Assembly (NCBI RefSeq): GCF_009914755.1
Contig: NC_060939.1
DNA: 64,000 nt
Source of the DNA: the human T2T-CHM13v2.0 reference genome, Homo sapiens
Direction: 5' to 3' (one strand)
A program made the translations under genes and the position numbers. Under the pieces are notes generated by a model. The model saw only the letters and a list, made by a program, of their open reading frames with translations. It searched no databases and was not told the origin of the DNA. Positions 1-17,034 of this stretch are shown here, one piece after another (the stretch's first letter is position 1; each line of letters starts with the position of its first letter).

Positions 1-27
1 GAAACAAAACAAGTTAATTAGCTTATT

Positions 28-116
28 CAGCTACTTGGGAAGCTGAGGCGGGGGGGACAGCTTGAGCCTAGGAGTTTGGATTCAGCCCGGGCAACATGTC
101 GAGACCCCATCTCTAA
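28..116 (+). mobile_element. Alu monomer fragment (FLAM/AluJ-like)
   Basis: cagctacttgggaagctgaggc...gggcaacatgtcgagaccccatctcta. Confidence 0.75.
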
Positions 117-215
117 TTTTTTTTTAAGTTTTTTTTTTTTTTTTTTTTTAATTTAAATTAACATATTCAGGCTAGTGCATGTAATTCGGTTCTCTACTGA
201 AGTAATTCACCCTAA

Positions 216-525
<310 letters not shown>

Positions 526-1288
526 TGCCACTATCCTAGTTTTTCTTCTGTATTATTAGACGGGGCCTCAGTGTCCTTGAACTGCAAGGAATTAACATTG
601 AGTGTAGTATTAGTAAAACGTATCTTCTATTCATGAAAATCAATCTTTTTTTAAAAAAAGATCCCACAATTATTATAAGCAGAAACAAATTAAAAGGTTG
701 TATACCTACTGTTTGAAAAACACAACTTACCAAAACCAAACATAAGAAGTATGTATACCCCTATATTTATGAAATAAATAGAATCCATAATTTAAAACTT
801 CCTCACAAAAACAATCCCCAGTTCCTGATGGCATCACTGGTGAATTCTTCAATGAAAGGGAAAAAATAACACCAACATTACAGATTTTTTTTTTAAATCT
901 TAGGGACAGAGTCTCACTATGTTGCCCAGGCTGGAGTGCAGTGGCTATTCACAGTCACGTCCCAGTTATCCTCCCACTTCAGCCTCTTGAGTAGCTGGGA
1001 CTATAGGCTACAGAAACTTTTAAGAGAACAAAAATAAAGGGAACTCCTGAGCTCAAGCACTTCTCCCACCTTGGCCTCCCAAAGTGCTGGGATTACAGGC
1101 ATGAACCACTGTGCCCTGCTTAGTGTGCTGTTTTTAAAAATGACTTTTGGGCTCGGGTTCATGTGACTGATTAGCCTGTAGTTTTACTTTTTGTAATTTT
1201 TTAGACTACTTTTGGTATCAAGTTTATTGTAATCTCAAAAAATGAGCATGGCTCTGTTCCCTTTATTTTTGTTCTCTTAAAATTTCTG

Positions 1289-1720
<432 letters not shown>

Positions 1721-2298
1721 CTGTCCCTGAAATTAAAAAAGAAATTCTGTAGTGTTGGTGTTACTTTTCCCTTTCATTGAAGAATTCACCAGTGAAGCCA
1801 TCAGGAACTGGGAATTGTTTTTGTGGGAAAGTTTTAAATTACAGATTCTGCCTATTACTAGACATAGGAGTTTACATACTACTTCTGTTTGGCTTTGGTA
1901 AGTTGTGTTTTTCAAACAGCAGGTGTAGGTGTACAACCTTTCAATTTGTTTCTGCCTCTAATAATTCTGGAATTTTTAAAAAATGACTTTTCATGATGAA
2001 TAGAACATAGGTTTTACTAATGCTCTAATCAGTATAAATTCCTTGCAGATCAAGGACAGTGAGGACATGTCTAATAATCCAGACGCAGAACTTGGATTTG
2101 GGAGATAACTCCCGCCTCTTGCACTCTCTGTGACAAGTCTAGTTTTGATATCAAGTTTATCTTAATCTCAATAAATGAGCTTGGCTCTGTTCCCTCTAAT
2201 TTCTCTTAGAAGTTTCTGCAGCCTGCAGTCCCAACTACTCAGGAGGGTGAGGTGGGAGGATCACTTGAGGCCAGGAGTTCAAGGCTGTTTACTGAAAC

Positions 2299-3545
<1,247 letters not shown>

Positions 3546-4318
3546 GTATAAAATTTACCAGCATTTTAATCTAAATTGTCTTATTGTGATAGGCTTGCTT
3601 ATAGTAAAACAAACTCTTATCTTTTTAGTATCTGTAGGATCTATAGTGATAACTCTTCACTCCTTATATTCTAACTTGTGCCTAGTTAGGCACAACTCTT
3701 ACTAATTAGTTATCTATTGCTGCATAAGAAATTACCTGAAACTTAATGTCTTCAAACAACAACAAGAATTTATTATCTGTGATAGGCAGACTTCTAAGAT
3801 GTTTCCCATGATCTCGATGTCTTGGTGTTATGCTCTGTATGATCTCTTCCTTTTTTAGTGTGGATGGGATCACTGCCCAAACTTTTGGATGAAATCGAGT
3901 GAGTGTAGGTAGGATCTGTGACTTGTTTCTAACTGACATAATATTGCAAATGTGATGTGTTGTTACTTCTGGGATATGTGTGTGTGTGTGTGTGCGCACA
4001 GAAGAAAGGAGAGGGAAGAGGAGAGGAGGAGGAGGAGAAAGACATACATTAGGATATGAGATAGACATATAGCTGGCATGCACACAAGATTCTCCTTGCT
4101 GATTTGAGGAAGTGTGTGACCATATTGAGGAAGCCCAACAGCAGGTGGTGTCTAGGACCTGAGGGTGGCCTCCAGCCAATACCCAATAAAAAACATATCT
4201 ACACAATCATACAGACATAAGGAAATGAATTTTGTCAACAACATGAATGAGCTTGAACCTAGCTCAGCTGACGCCTTGCCTGCAACCTTGTGAGACCGTA
4301 TGCAGTGAACACAGTTGA

Positions 4319-4668
<350 letters not shown>

Positions 4669-4674
4669 TTTTCT

Positions 4675-5148
4675 CATATGTTTATAGCAGCACAATCTGC
4701 AACTGAAAAAAATATGGAATCAGTTCAAATGCCCATCAGTGAACAAATGGATAAAGAAAATGTGGTATATATGTAGCATGGAATACTACTCAGCCATAAA
4801 AAGGAACAAAATAATGGCATTTGCAGCAATCTGGATGGAATTGGAGACTTGTTCTATGTGAAGTAACTCAGGAATGGAAAACCAAATATCATATGTTCTC
4901 ACTCATAGGTGGGAGCAAAGCTATGAAGATGCAAAGGCATAAGAATGATACAATTGATTCTGGGGACCCAGGGGAAAGGGTGGGAGGGGGATGAGGGAGA
5001 AAAGACTACACATTGGGTACAGTGTACCCTGCTCGAGTGATGGGTGCACTAAAATCTCAGAAATCACCACTAAAGAAGTTATTCATGTAACCAAACACCA
5101 TCTGTTCCCCAAAAACCTATTGAAATAAAAAATAAATTTTAAAAAAAG
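4675..5148 (+). mobile_element. L1 3' end (L1PB-like), 5'-truncated
   Basis: gggtacagtgtaccctgctcgagtgatgggtgcactaaaatctcagaaatcaccactaaagaag...aaaaacctattgaaataaaaa. Confidence 0.85.
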
Positions 5149-5896
5149 GAAGTAAACCACTTAAAAAAGAATAAACATGTATTTTCTTAAATGAAATCCT
5201 GACCCACAGAAACTGTATAAGAGAAAATATACTAGACAATATATGTATATTTCCTGAGATGTTCATTTGTTATACAAAAATAGCAAACTAATATAGAGCT
5301 TCTGTGGGTCCTGATTTGAGAAATGCTTTAGCTGGGTGGTTCTGTCTTGGTCAATATGTTGATTAAGCCTGCAGTCATCCGAAGGCTTGACTGAGGCTAG
5401 GGCATCCAATTTCAAGATGGCTCACTTAACATGGCTAGCAAGTCAATGCTGTCTGTTAGCAGGAGACCTCTGTAATGTAATGCATTAAGCTCCGTAGGGT
5501 TGCTTGAATGTCCTTGCAGTATGGTAACTACTTTCACCCAGGGTGAGCAAGGTGGAAGCTGCCATATGTTTTATAATCTAGCCTAGGAAATTTGAACTAG
5601 CTTTTTGATAACACAGGTCAGCCATATTTAATATGAGAGAGAACTGCACAAGGCATGGATAGCAGAAGTGAAAATCACCGGGGGCCATTTTGGAGGCTGG
5701 CTGCCACAGAGATTAGCAACTGGAATACTGCTTTCAAAGAAACAGCTTTGGCTTTTTATGTTTTCTCTATTATGTCTTTGGTTTTTTATTCATTGATTTC
5801 AGCTTTTATCCTTATTATTTCCATCATTTTAATTTCATTCAGCTTAATTTGCTGGGATTTTTGAGATGGATGCTTAGATCATTGGAGTTTTTTTCT

Positions 5897-6057
5897 TTTT
5901 CTTTTTTTTGAGACAGGGTCTTACTGTGTCACTCAGGCTATAGTGCAGTGATGAATCGTAGCTCATAGCAGCCTTAAATTACTGAGCTCAAGTGATCCAA
6001 TCCTCCCTCCTCAGCCTTCCAAGTAGCTGGGACTACAGGTGTGTGTCACCATGCCAA

Positions 6058-6103
<46 letters not shown>

Positions 6104-6212
6104 GACAGGTCTCACTATGTTGCCTGGGCTGGTATTGAAGTTCTGGCCTCAAGCAAACCTCCTGCCTTGGCCTTCCAAAATGTTGGGATTATACATGTGA
6201 GCCACCACACCT
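5897..6212 (-). mobile_element. Alu (AluJ-like) with expanded middle A-tract
   Basis: gagacagggtctt...; ~36-nt T run at 6063-6098. Confidence 0.88.
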
Positions 6213-7111
6213 ATCATATCAGTTTTTCAGTACTTTTTTTGTTTTGTTTTCAAATACATGTGTTTACGTTTATAGATTCCCCCCACCCCAGATTTAGTCA
6301 AATCCCACAAGTTTTCTACTTTTGTAAAATTTTATTGAAGTATAATATACCTGAAACTGTGCCATCTTAAATGTACAGGTGGATGAATTATCACAATGTA
6401 AATAAACCTCTGTAACTAGCACCAAGATAAAAAAAAAACTACTAGTTATTTAAACCTAGGTTTGATAATATTACCAATGACTTTAAAGTTAATGTCTGAT
6501 AATTCTAATACCTGAAGTACTTGTGGGTTTGTTTCTTTTTTCTGTTTTTTATTTTGCTCACAGTTTTCAGTCACTTGATCATATATCCTGGCATTCCTGG
6601 TAACATATACATACTTCTCATTGTTAAAAATTGTACAGCTCTAGCATAAAGAGTCCTACAATGGGTACTTATCCCCCATCTATAACTTTTTTTACACTTT
6701 GTTTTGTTTTTACTCTTTCTAGACTTTATTATTTTACTTTTTGGATAAGTAATATAGTTACAAGTTTCTAAGATAAAAAATTACGAAAGAGTGTTAGTGA
6801 AAAGTCTCATTCTTGCAATGCCAGCACCCTCTTCCTGTCCTACAGGTAACCACCATGATTAATTTCTGGTATATCATTCCAGAGATAGTTTAATCCTCAT
6901 ATATACAAGCAAATTATGTATACTGCATTCCTGTGTCTGTTCTGTACTTTGCTTTTTTCACCTAACATTATATTTTGGTGAGTTTTCTGTTTAGTACATA
7001 ATACATTTTCTCATATTTTAAACAACTGTATTCTGTTGTATGAATTTATCATAATTTATTGAATCATTCCACTGCTGATGGACATCCAGTTTGTTTCCAG
7101 ACGTTTGCTAT

Positions 7112-7875
<764 letters not shown>

Positions 7876-8976
7876 GAGCTATTTTTACAATTATAAGCAA
7901 AGCTGCAAGAAACAATGTGTATCTGACACTTTGCATTTGGGCAAGTATATCTGCAAAATAAATGTCTAGATGTGGACTAGGTAGTTAGTTTTGATAATTG
8001 TTAAATCACTCTCCTCTAGACGGGTTATACCAGTTTATACTTCTAGCAGCAATGTGAGTGAATACCTCTTTCCCACAGCCTTCTCAACTCAGTGTGTTAT
8101 CAAACTTAGAATTTTTACTGTTCTGCTAGTAAAAAGCCCTAATTTCTTTGGATAACTTACTAATTATTGAGTCTTCCTCATCTGCACAACATGGTTAGAA
8201 GCTCCTTCAGAGTTATGCCTGGGTCCTTATTTCTATTTTTTTCTACACTGCATACCTTTGTGTCCTTCCTGTTAACCTTACATAGGGCGGGCTCCCTGCA
8301 CAGAAGGAGGAGACGATATACTCAACGGCATCTGTGCGTGATAGAGGGGAAAAAAATGCGATGTAGAATCCATTCTATCCATCTATCAAGTTCCGTTTAG
8401 GAAAACAAAATATCCTAATCACAATAATTGACTAGTGAAGACTGAAGAAGCGGTTGCCTAGCAATGCCCTGATCGTTTTTGATGTTGACTGGTTGACATA
8501 AGGCGGGATCAACAAACACACAGCACGTGTGTGGCCCTGGCAGCTGATTCAGATCCTTCCCACTAAGGTCAACATTACCCAGGCTCTTGGAGGCAACCAC
8601 TCCTCATTGATTATTTGCACATGAGATAAACCTGTTTGTTTTACCATATTGAAGGACTAACAGAATCACAAACTGTAACTCAAGTGCTTTTCCAGTGAAG
8701 AGTGAAATAGGAAAGAACGAAAATAACATATATCTACCCCCTCCTCCTCTTCCTTTAGCTTGGGTTCATCATTACCTCCATTTCTCCATTTTATTTTTGT
8801 TTCCTTTTTATTGGCACCACCCAAGTATACGTGTGTGTGTGTGTGTGTGTTTGATATTAAAACTTTAGGGAAAGAAACAGCTCTCTTAAAAATGTCAGCA
8901 ACTTCAATTCATTGCTTTTTAAATATCCTCGTTAATAATTTACACCCTTGGTTAAAATATTCAATCATCTACTTAA

Positions 8977-9300
<324 letters not shown>

Positions 9301-9964
9301 TAGCTTTAATGTGAATCAGTGTTAGCATACACATTCAGAATTCTTTCAACCTCAAACCACAAAACTTAATTATGTATCATGGAAATACAAATCAGAACAA
9401 AAATCTATTGACTGTGAGCCCACATAACATAATTTTTGTTTCCTGAAAACAAAAGTATGCAAGTGGATGAGGCCTTTTAAGGGAATCTTGTGGCTTCTCA
9501 GTCCTTGCTGTTCTGAATTTGTGATTATCCACAGAAATGCCCAACAGGTGATTGTAAAGATACTGGTAATTCTCCACTCTTATCTGATTGCACCTACATT
9601 TTGCTTGTTGCTCATTCTGCATAACATCTAAATGCTGCGTGACACTTAAACCCTTTAGTAGTCAGCCAAAAGTAGGAACGAGGGCGTGTTTATGAAACAG
9701 ACAGCTGTCGTGAGTCCTGGTGCTCAGCTTCATTCACTAATCAGTTGTCAGTTGGCAACTTGATTACAGATAACTTCAGTGTGAGTCAGGCTCTTTTGCC
9801 ACAGCTGTTTCTCTTAAAAGTTCTCCGATAAGTCATTGCCACCACTACTTCCAAATAGCGTATGTTAACTTTGAGTTAATTTTAGATAATCTCGGGTTAA
9901 TTTAAACAATTTTGGCACCAACAACATGGTTAGGCTAGTCAGCTTGGATGGGTATAGGAATCCG

Positions 9965-10170
9965 TCAATCTGGGTTGCTGTGTACCAGCTCTGGGACTGG
10001 GGGCAAGTTGTAGCAGCCCTCAGCCTCCTGCTTCACCTGTATCAGGGGAGGCTGAGACCCACCTTGCAGGGGTCTTGTGAAGATTAAATGCAATGCTGTG
10101 TGAATGGTGCCTACCTTCGTGCCTGGTCTGTCAAGACCAGGCAGTTTACACAAAAACACTTGATATTGAC
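9965..10170 (+). mobile_element. MIR-like SINE remnant
   Basis: ctcagcctcctgcttcacctgt...gggtcttgtgaagattaaatg...gtgcctgg. Confidence 0.6.
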
Positions 10171-10558
10171 TATGAAACAAGATCCGGAAGAGAACAAATA
10201 TAAATACAGATGGATCAGCTAAATGAAGGACTGTCGAGTAGAAACACAAAGAGGATGTTTGTGAGTGGAGGGGGATGGATCTCCTTCTCCACCCAGCAGT
10301 GAATATCATGGGAATCTCTCTCTACCTGAATCTACCTCTTATAATTCTTAAATTAAGAACCATTAGAACTCTTCTAAACTTTCTAAATACTCATTACAGT
10401 ATGAAACCCTGCCCACCTCCCAGACAACTTCCTATGGACATTAGCTTTTATAAACATAGGATATGTTAAGTGATGGTCTTCATTCCTCGATGTCACATTT
10501 TAAATTTATATTACTTTTTCTTCATTTTCCAAAGCTCCAGCTCAGCATCTTTGTAAGC

Positions 10559-10559
10559 C

Positions 10560-10613
<54 letters not shown>
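10559..10613. repeat. (TA)n microsatellite
   Basis: Direct reading. Confidence 0.97.
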
Positions 10614-10616
<3 letters not shown>

Positions 10617-11356
10617 AAAGTCTCTGTAGACTTTTTAATGTGTCGATTTCTACACCCCAGCCTCAGGTAGTATAAGCTTCATGAGGACAGGAACCAGCCC
10701 TGCCTGCTCACACTGTCACCAGCATGTTCACAGGGCTGACACATGCCAGGCACTCAGGTATTAGTTGAATAGGTAAATGGAAGACTGGAAAATGTAGGCT
10801 GAACTGAGAACTTGTGGATAGACACACCTCAGTGATTTGTGAAAAGGAAGATTGGTCCAAAGCAATGTTTGTTAACCAAATTTTCATTATCAAAGAGGAA
10901 AAACTAAACATTCCCTAACAGAAATGAAAAAGGAATAAAATTTTTGTTAGATGATGTTGAGCTTTGAAATGCCACCAAGGACACTTTCAATATCAAATCT
11001 TCCTCATCCCCCCAACTCCAGAAAACTAGTTTTTGCTCAGGTACTGGCTCAGTGGAAAATGTGTGGTCTGAAGCTGTAGTCTCCTAGTTTGTGAGTCTCC
11101 TTATTTTCACTGCCTGAAGGTTTGAGTCACCGTGGAAAGGGAGGAGGGGTGGTGGAGATCAGAAGTGAGGTCTGTGAACTCCAGAGTTGACTTAGGTGCA
11201 GAGAGGATGAGGTAGAACTGCTGGCAGGGAGGCCCCATCTGATCCAAGAGTGAGCTCGGCAGGCAGAAAGCACTTGGCAAAGCCCAGGGAATGGTTGGGA
11301 GAGACTGATAGACCCAGCACTCCTATTCCTTGAGGCCGGTCAGTGATGTGTATTAA

Positions 11357-11510
11357 CCTAGGGTGGCTCTAACTTTAATGTGCCAGTGAAAGGGATCCAG
11401 CTACAACTCCACACTCCTGAGGTGGGGCCCAGTGGTCTGCATTTCTGTCAAAAATACTGCAAGGGAGCGCCAGGCTGCTCCTTCCACAGGCCATACTTTG
11501 AGAAGCATGA
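11357..11510. mobile_element. MER5A-like DNA transposon remnant
   Basis: ctgaggtggggccc...ctgcatttct...ccatactttgagaagca. Confidence 0.55.
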
Positions 11511-11858
11511 CATTAACTCACCTGTGCATGTTATATTTGTTAAAGGGTAACTTTTCAAAAACAGGAAAAACTATCACTCATATAGATATAAATGTTAAAT
11601 ATTTTATTAATGAAATGAGCAGTGAGATGTTACAACCAGTTCAAAAGGGAACCCAAAGGGACAGACACATCTATTACTCAGAATATTGAAATAAACTGGA
11701 AATTGATGCATAAGTGGCTTTGCCACATGGAGAAGGATTGGCTTTCCAAGGCAGGTTGATTTGCATGTTTATAAACAAGAATCATTTGCATTATCAGTTC
11801 TTTTCAACTTCACATACCATAAAACAGGTGAAAGGCTAGACTAGAAAACCTTAAAGGG

Positions 11859-12139
11859 GCTGGGTGCAGTGGCTCACTCCTGTTATCCCAGCACTTTGGG
11901 GGGTTGAGGTAGACAGATCTCTTGACCCCAGGATTTCGAGACCAGCCTGAGCAACATAGACCCTCTCTCTACAAAAAAAGTTTCCAAAAATTACCTGAGC
12001 ATGATGGCATGAGCCTGTAGTCCCAGCTACTCAGGAAGCTGAGGTGGGAGAATCCCTTGAGCCAGGGAAGTGGAGGTTGCTGTGAGCCAGGATCATACCC
12101 TTGCATTCCAGTCTGGGTGATGGAGATCCTATCTCAAAA
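11859..12139 (+). mobile_element. Alu (AluJ-like)
   Basis: ggctgggtgcagtggctcac...cctatctcaaaa. Confidence 0.88.
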
Positions 12140-12349
12140 GTCTGAAGGAGTGTGATCTAAACAATGTAGTGTTTCCACCGAAGCACAGATGTTTTTCCTG
12201 TGATTTGTAGTGATTGGCATTTTTAAACTGCAGATTCCTGTCCATATTAACTTGACAGTTTGTAATAACTGCTTGAGATTAGCAGTTTGTCTTTCTTCAG
12301 TTAATTGTCATATTTAGCTCCTCTGTGTAATATGAGAAAGTAATGAGAA

Positions 12350-12643
<294 letters not shown>

Positions 12644-13060
12644 CATGAGAGCTCTTAAATAGAATTTCCATCTATAAAAAGTAGGTACTGTCAGTATTCC
12701 CCTCACATAGGTTTATGAAGAAGTCATTTTAAAAAGAGAACCCCTGTAATTGATCAGGGACCCCATCTGCCTTCTCTGTGGGCCTAGGATAAATTCTTTT
12801 GATTGTTTACGTCTATTTGGTGTAAAAAGATCTGTAATTAAAATATACCATTGCGTTATCCATAATAGCCAAAAGGTGGAAGCAAGCCAAGAGTCTATCT
12901 GCAAATGAATAAACAAAATATGGTATATATACACTATATGCAGTAGAATACTATTCAGGCTTACAGAGAAAGGCAATTCTGACACATGCTACACCATGGA
13001 TGAACATGGAAGACATTATGCCACATGAAATAAACCAGTCACCAAAGAACAAGTATTTTA

Positions 13061-14055
13061 TGTGATCAGCTTCTTGATAATCTCCAAAATAGCCACCTTA
13101 GCATATTGAATGTTTGAAGCTGAAGGAATCTCAGAAATGATAGGAAGGACACTCTGACCTTCTCACCCTCTTCTCTGATGCAGGTCACAAGGCCCTTGGG
13201 TGAGAGGTGCCGTCCCTGTCCCTGGAGGAAGGAGCATCCTTGTCTCTTAAGATAACGCTGAGAGGAATCTGAATGATAGGTCCTGCTGTTCCTCCCAGTT
13301 TACTACACTTAGCTCCTAACCCTTTTTGTCCTCTCACAATTTTCTGCTTCTCTCCACTTTTTATCAAACTGTTAAAAATTATGGGAGGCCATTCTTTTGG
13401 GCTGAGCTCCTGCACTAGCCTTCAACAGATCAGACCAAACCAAAATGGAATTACTTATGCTAAATGCTGTGTCATCAAACTGAAACTTTAAGGAAGCAGA
13501 TCCCCAAACAGACCAGTTTTTCCTGAAAACATGAGATTCCAGTCTACTTAAATCAGTGGAAGAAGGAAGTGCCCTCTGCTTTAACCATTACAAAAAAGTA
13601 ACTGAAGTAGCTTGATGTTAACCAATCAGGTTTTTCTATTCTGTTTCCTTGTTGCTACCTCATAAAACCGGTGGTTCTGCTATTGCCCAGTGGGAACTCT
13701 CATTCTGTTTTGTAGAGTGGAAGGTGCCCAGATTCATGAATCATGAATAAAAGCCAATTAAATCTATAAATTTGTTGTAGTCCTCTGATAATATAAAACC
13801 TAATTTGTTGTAATTTAGTCTTTTGACAAACCTAATATAAAAAGACATATGTTTAACTGTTTCTTCAGGTCTTTATTTCCTTACAAAGGCTCCTAGTTAT
13901 ATCAAGTTACTTCCAGAAAAGTCAATTTTTTCTGTGTCATATAAAACTTATGTTAAGTAAATGTGTATGATTTTCTCTTGTTAATCTGTCTTTTGTTACA
14001 AGATCCCCAGCCAAGAAATTAGAAGGGTGGAGGAAAAATATTTTTCCTCCCTTAT
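13061..14055 (+). mobile_element. ERV1-class solo LTR (MER34/MER31-like) containing a second ERV1 LTR at ~13370-13828
   Basis: Inner element tgttaaaaattatgggaggccatt...ttttgaca with TG...CA ends and AATAAA; outer ends ttttcctcccttata. Family names recalled, not computed. Confidence 0.65.
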
Positions 14056-14119
14056 ATATGATTCCACTTATATGAGATATCTAGATCAGTAAAATTCATA
14101 GAAACAAAGTAGAATGATA

Positions 14120-14413
14120 GTCAGGCTCAGTGGCTCATTCCTGTAATCCCAACATCTTGGAAGGATAAGGCAGGAAGATCACTTCAGCCCAAGAGTTCAA
14201 GACCAGGCTAGACAACATAGAGAGACCTCATCTCTACTTTAAAAAGAAAAGTCAGGTGTGGTGGAACATACCTGTAGTCCCAACTACTGGGGAGGCTGAG
14301 GTGGGTTGGATCACTCGAATCTGGGAGTTCAAGCTTTCAGTGAACTATGATCATGCCACTGTACTCCAACCTGGGCGACAGAGAGACCCTGTCAGAAAAA
14401 AGAAAAAAAAAAA
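14120..14413 (+). mobile_element. Alu (AluJ-like)
   Basis: gagagaccctgtc followed by A tail. Confidence 0.88.
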
Positions 14414-14592
14414 GGTAGTTTGGTGGTTGCCAGAGGCTGGGGTAGAGAGGAATGAAGGCTTATTGCTTACTGGGTACAGAGTTTCACTTCGGGATGATGA
14501 AAATGTTCTGGAGATGGATGGTGGTGATGGTTGTACAACAACATGAATGCACTTAATGCCAATAACTGCACACTTAAGACTGGTTAAAATAG

Positions 14593-14911
<319 letters not shown>

Positions 14912-14915
<4 letters not shown>

Positions 14916-16153
14916 CTTTACTATGATAGACATTTTATAAGCACCATTTACCATTTGATCACCTATTAAATGCTAAAGGCTGTACATACATTTCACTAAT
15001 CCTTAGAACAACTTTGTTCAGTAAAAATTATTCCTGGTTTACAGAGGAGAAAACTGAGGCTCAGAAAGGCTACTCATTTATTTGAAGTCTCACAGCCTTC
15101 ATAATGTTATTCATGCACTCTTTATGCCCTAGATAGTTGGAGAAATTACAGGGGAGAATCTCAGAAATAACTAAAATAATTGAAGATGTAATCAAGAAAC
15201 AAAAGTACAGTGTTTGAATAGAGACCAACTAAAGACAGCTGGGACTGGTTCAGTCTGCCTATAATTGAAAGGTAAATCACTAGGAAAGGGAAGGAGTCTC
15301 TGGGTTTCAAGATGAAATAGAAGTCACGAGAACTCTATAAATTTCAATTCAAGTTCACTGAAGAGAGCTAGGAGTCAGCTACTGTTTGCTACAGATAATA
15401 TTCAGTAAGGAGCTAACTGCTAATGCACTGGCCTGGGGAAGTGTTTAATGTCAAATAGAAACCAACACTAGTAAAATACTTCCAGGAGGTAAGAATTTTT
15501 TTTTTTTTTTTGAGACAGGGTCTTGCTCTGGCCCACAGGCTGGAGTGCAGTGGCATGATCTTGGCTCACTGCAACCTCCACTTCCTGAGTTCAAGCAATT
15601 CTCCTGCCTCAGCCTCCCTAGTAGCTGAGATTACAGGCACACACCACGACACCCGGCTGATTTTTCTATTTTTAGTAGAGTCGCGGTTTCACCATGTTGG
15701 CCAGGCTGGTCTTGAACTCTCGACCTCAGGTGATCCTCCCCCCTTGGCCTCTCAAAATACTGGGATTACAGGTGTGAGCCACGGCCCCTGGCTGCTGCTC
15801 CTTTTTTTGTAATGGAACTGGGAGATCTTTAGGAATGAGGGAAATGATCGTTTCTTTGAATAAGGCAGAATACTAAAGACTAGCCAGCCCTCAGGCTCAT
15901 GGTGGTTGCTGCTATTCTGTTGAACGTGAACCATAGCCTTTAGAAAGGAGCAAGTCTTTGTGGAAGACACAGGATTTGAAGTGCAACAAAGGGGTGGAAA
16001 CCGAGCTGACCATGATACCTTCAAGTGAGTTTTTCCACTGAATTTGATTATTTTCTCATTTGGCACTTCTTTCTGGGTTTTTTAAGCAGCCCAAAAACTC
16101 TAGGTGATTTTACTTTTGTAATTGTATTCTCTTGGGAATGCTCATTCCTGATT
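14912..16153 (+). repeat. Inverted duplication, right copy (partner 2299-3545)
   Basis: See left copy; includes a minus-strand Alu at 15496-15789. Confidence 0.93.
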
Positions 16154-17034
16154 CCTCCTTACACCAAATAGGTGTGTAACCTTCTTGTTTCTGCCCATAA
16201 TAATTCTGGAGTCTTTAAACAAAACGACTGTGACTTTTCATGATGAGTAGAAGATAGGTTTTACTCATGCTACAATCAATATTAATTCCTCAGTTCAAAG
16301 ACACTGAGGCCCTGTCTAATAATATAGAAGTTGAACTTGGACTTGGGAGATGACTCCTGCTTCTCGTACTCTCTGTGGCTCTGCTTTCTATTATTTTACT
16401 CATAAGCTTGTTTTGTCTCCTTGCTGAGAATTGTCAAGCATGAAATGTAATTTCAGGTTATAGTGAAGAAAGATGACATAGGCAGAAGAAATTGGCAATC
16501 ATTTGGCCTGTACATGTTGCTTTTTGTTTTTTTTCTGGACTTAAGATATAGACCACATCTTGGCATTTCTGGCCTTTGAGTCTTTCACAACTGTTATTAT
16601 AATGCATTAGCTCTTCTAGAAGTTAGAAGTGACTTTGGATTAAGTCTTTCATAAGGTGGCTAAATGAATTTATATGGCTCATCACAATTCACTAGATTGG
16701 TAAAGCAGGAAATTTACAGAGATTTTTTTCTTTGCTGTAAATGTTTTTCTAAATTGAAAAACTTCTAATACTGTCTTCTGGAGTAGTCCTATAAATAAGT
16801 GCAAGTGATTGTTTTTGGCAGGAGGCCACATAAACATTTCTGCTTCTCTGTGCCTTATGGGTAGCATTCATATAAATTGTTAAAAATAATGATTGTAGAT
16901 AGATAATGTTTCAGAGTTTGGGCTCAGCCGCGGTAGCTGCTGTTGACCCAGAGGGACCACTGGGATCCTCACATCTCAGGGCAGCACATCGTTTGCAGCA
17001 ATGGTTGCTTCTATGCAACCTTTTATGAAATTAG
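15395..17034 (+). pseudogene. Candidate decayed multi-exon gene fragment, unidentified; exons 15395-15488, 15937-16024, 16294-16401, 16915-17034
   Basis: All four segments follow an AG. Donors are gtaaga, gtgagt, ataagc (non-canonical) and gtgagg. Phases are mutually compatible (0-1, 1-2, 2-2, 2-2), with three in-frame stops. Confidence 0.4.

Larger units (their letters stand above)
12850..14590 (+). mobile_element. L1MB-like 3' end, interrupted by nested LTRs and an Alu
   Basis: ataatagccaaaaggtggaagcaa...; resumes as tatgattccacttatatgag at ~14056; gatgaaaatgttctggagatggatggtggtgatggttgtacaac. Confidence 0.8.

Noticed and set aside
1993-2070. C/D box snoRNA (ATGATGA; also near 16240 with a downstream CTGA)
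   Set aside because: No terminal stem is evident, the C box is absent in the third copy and the D box is not conserved.
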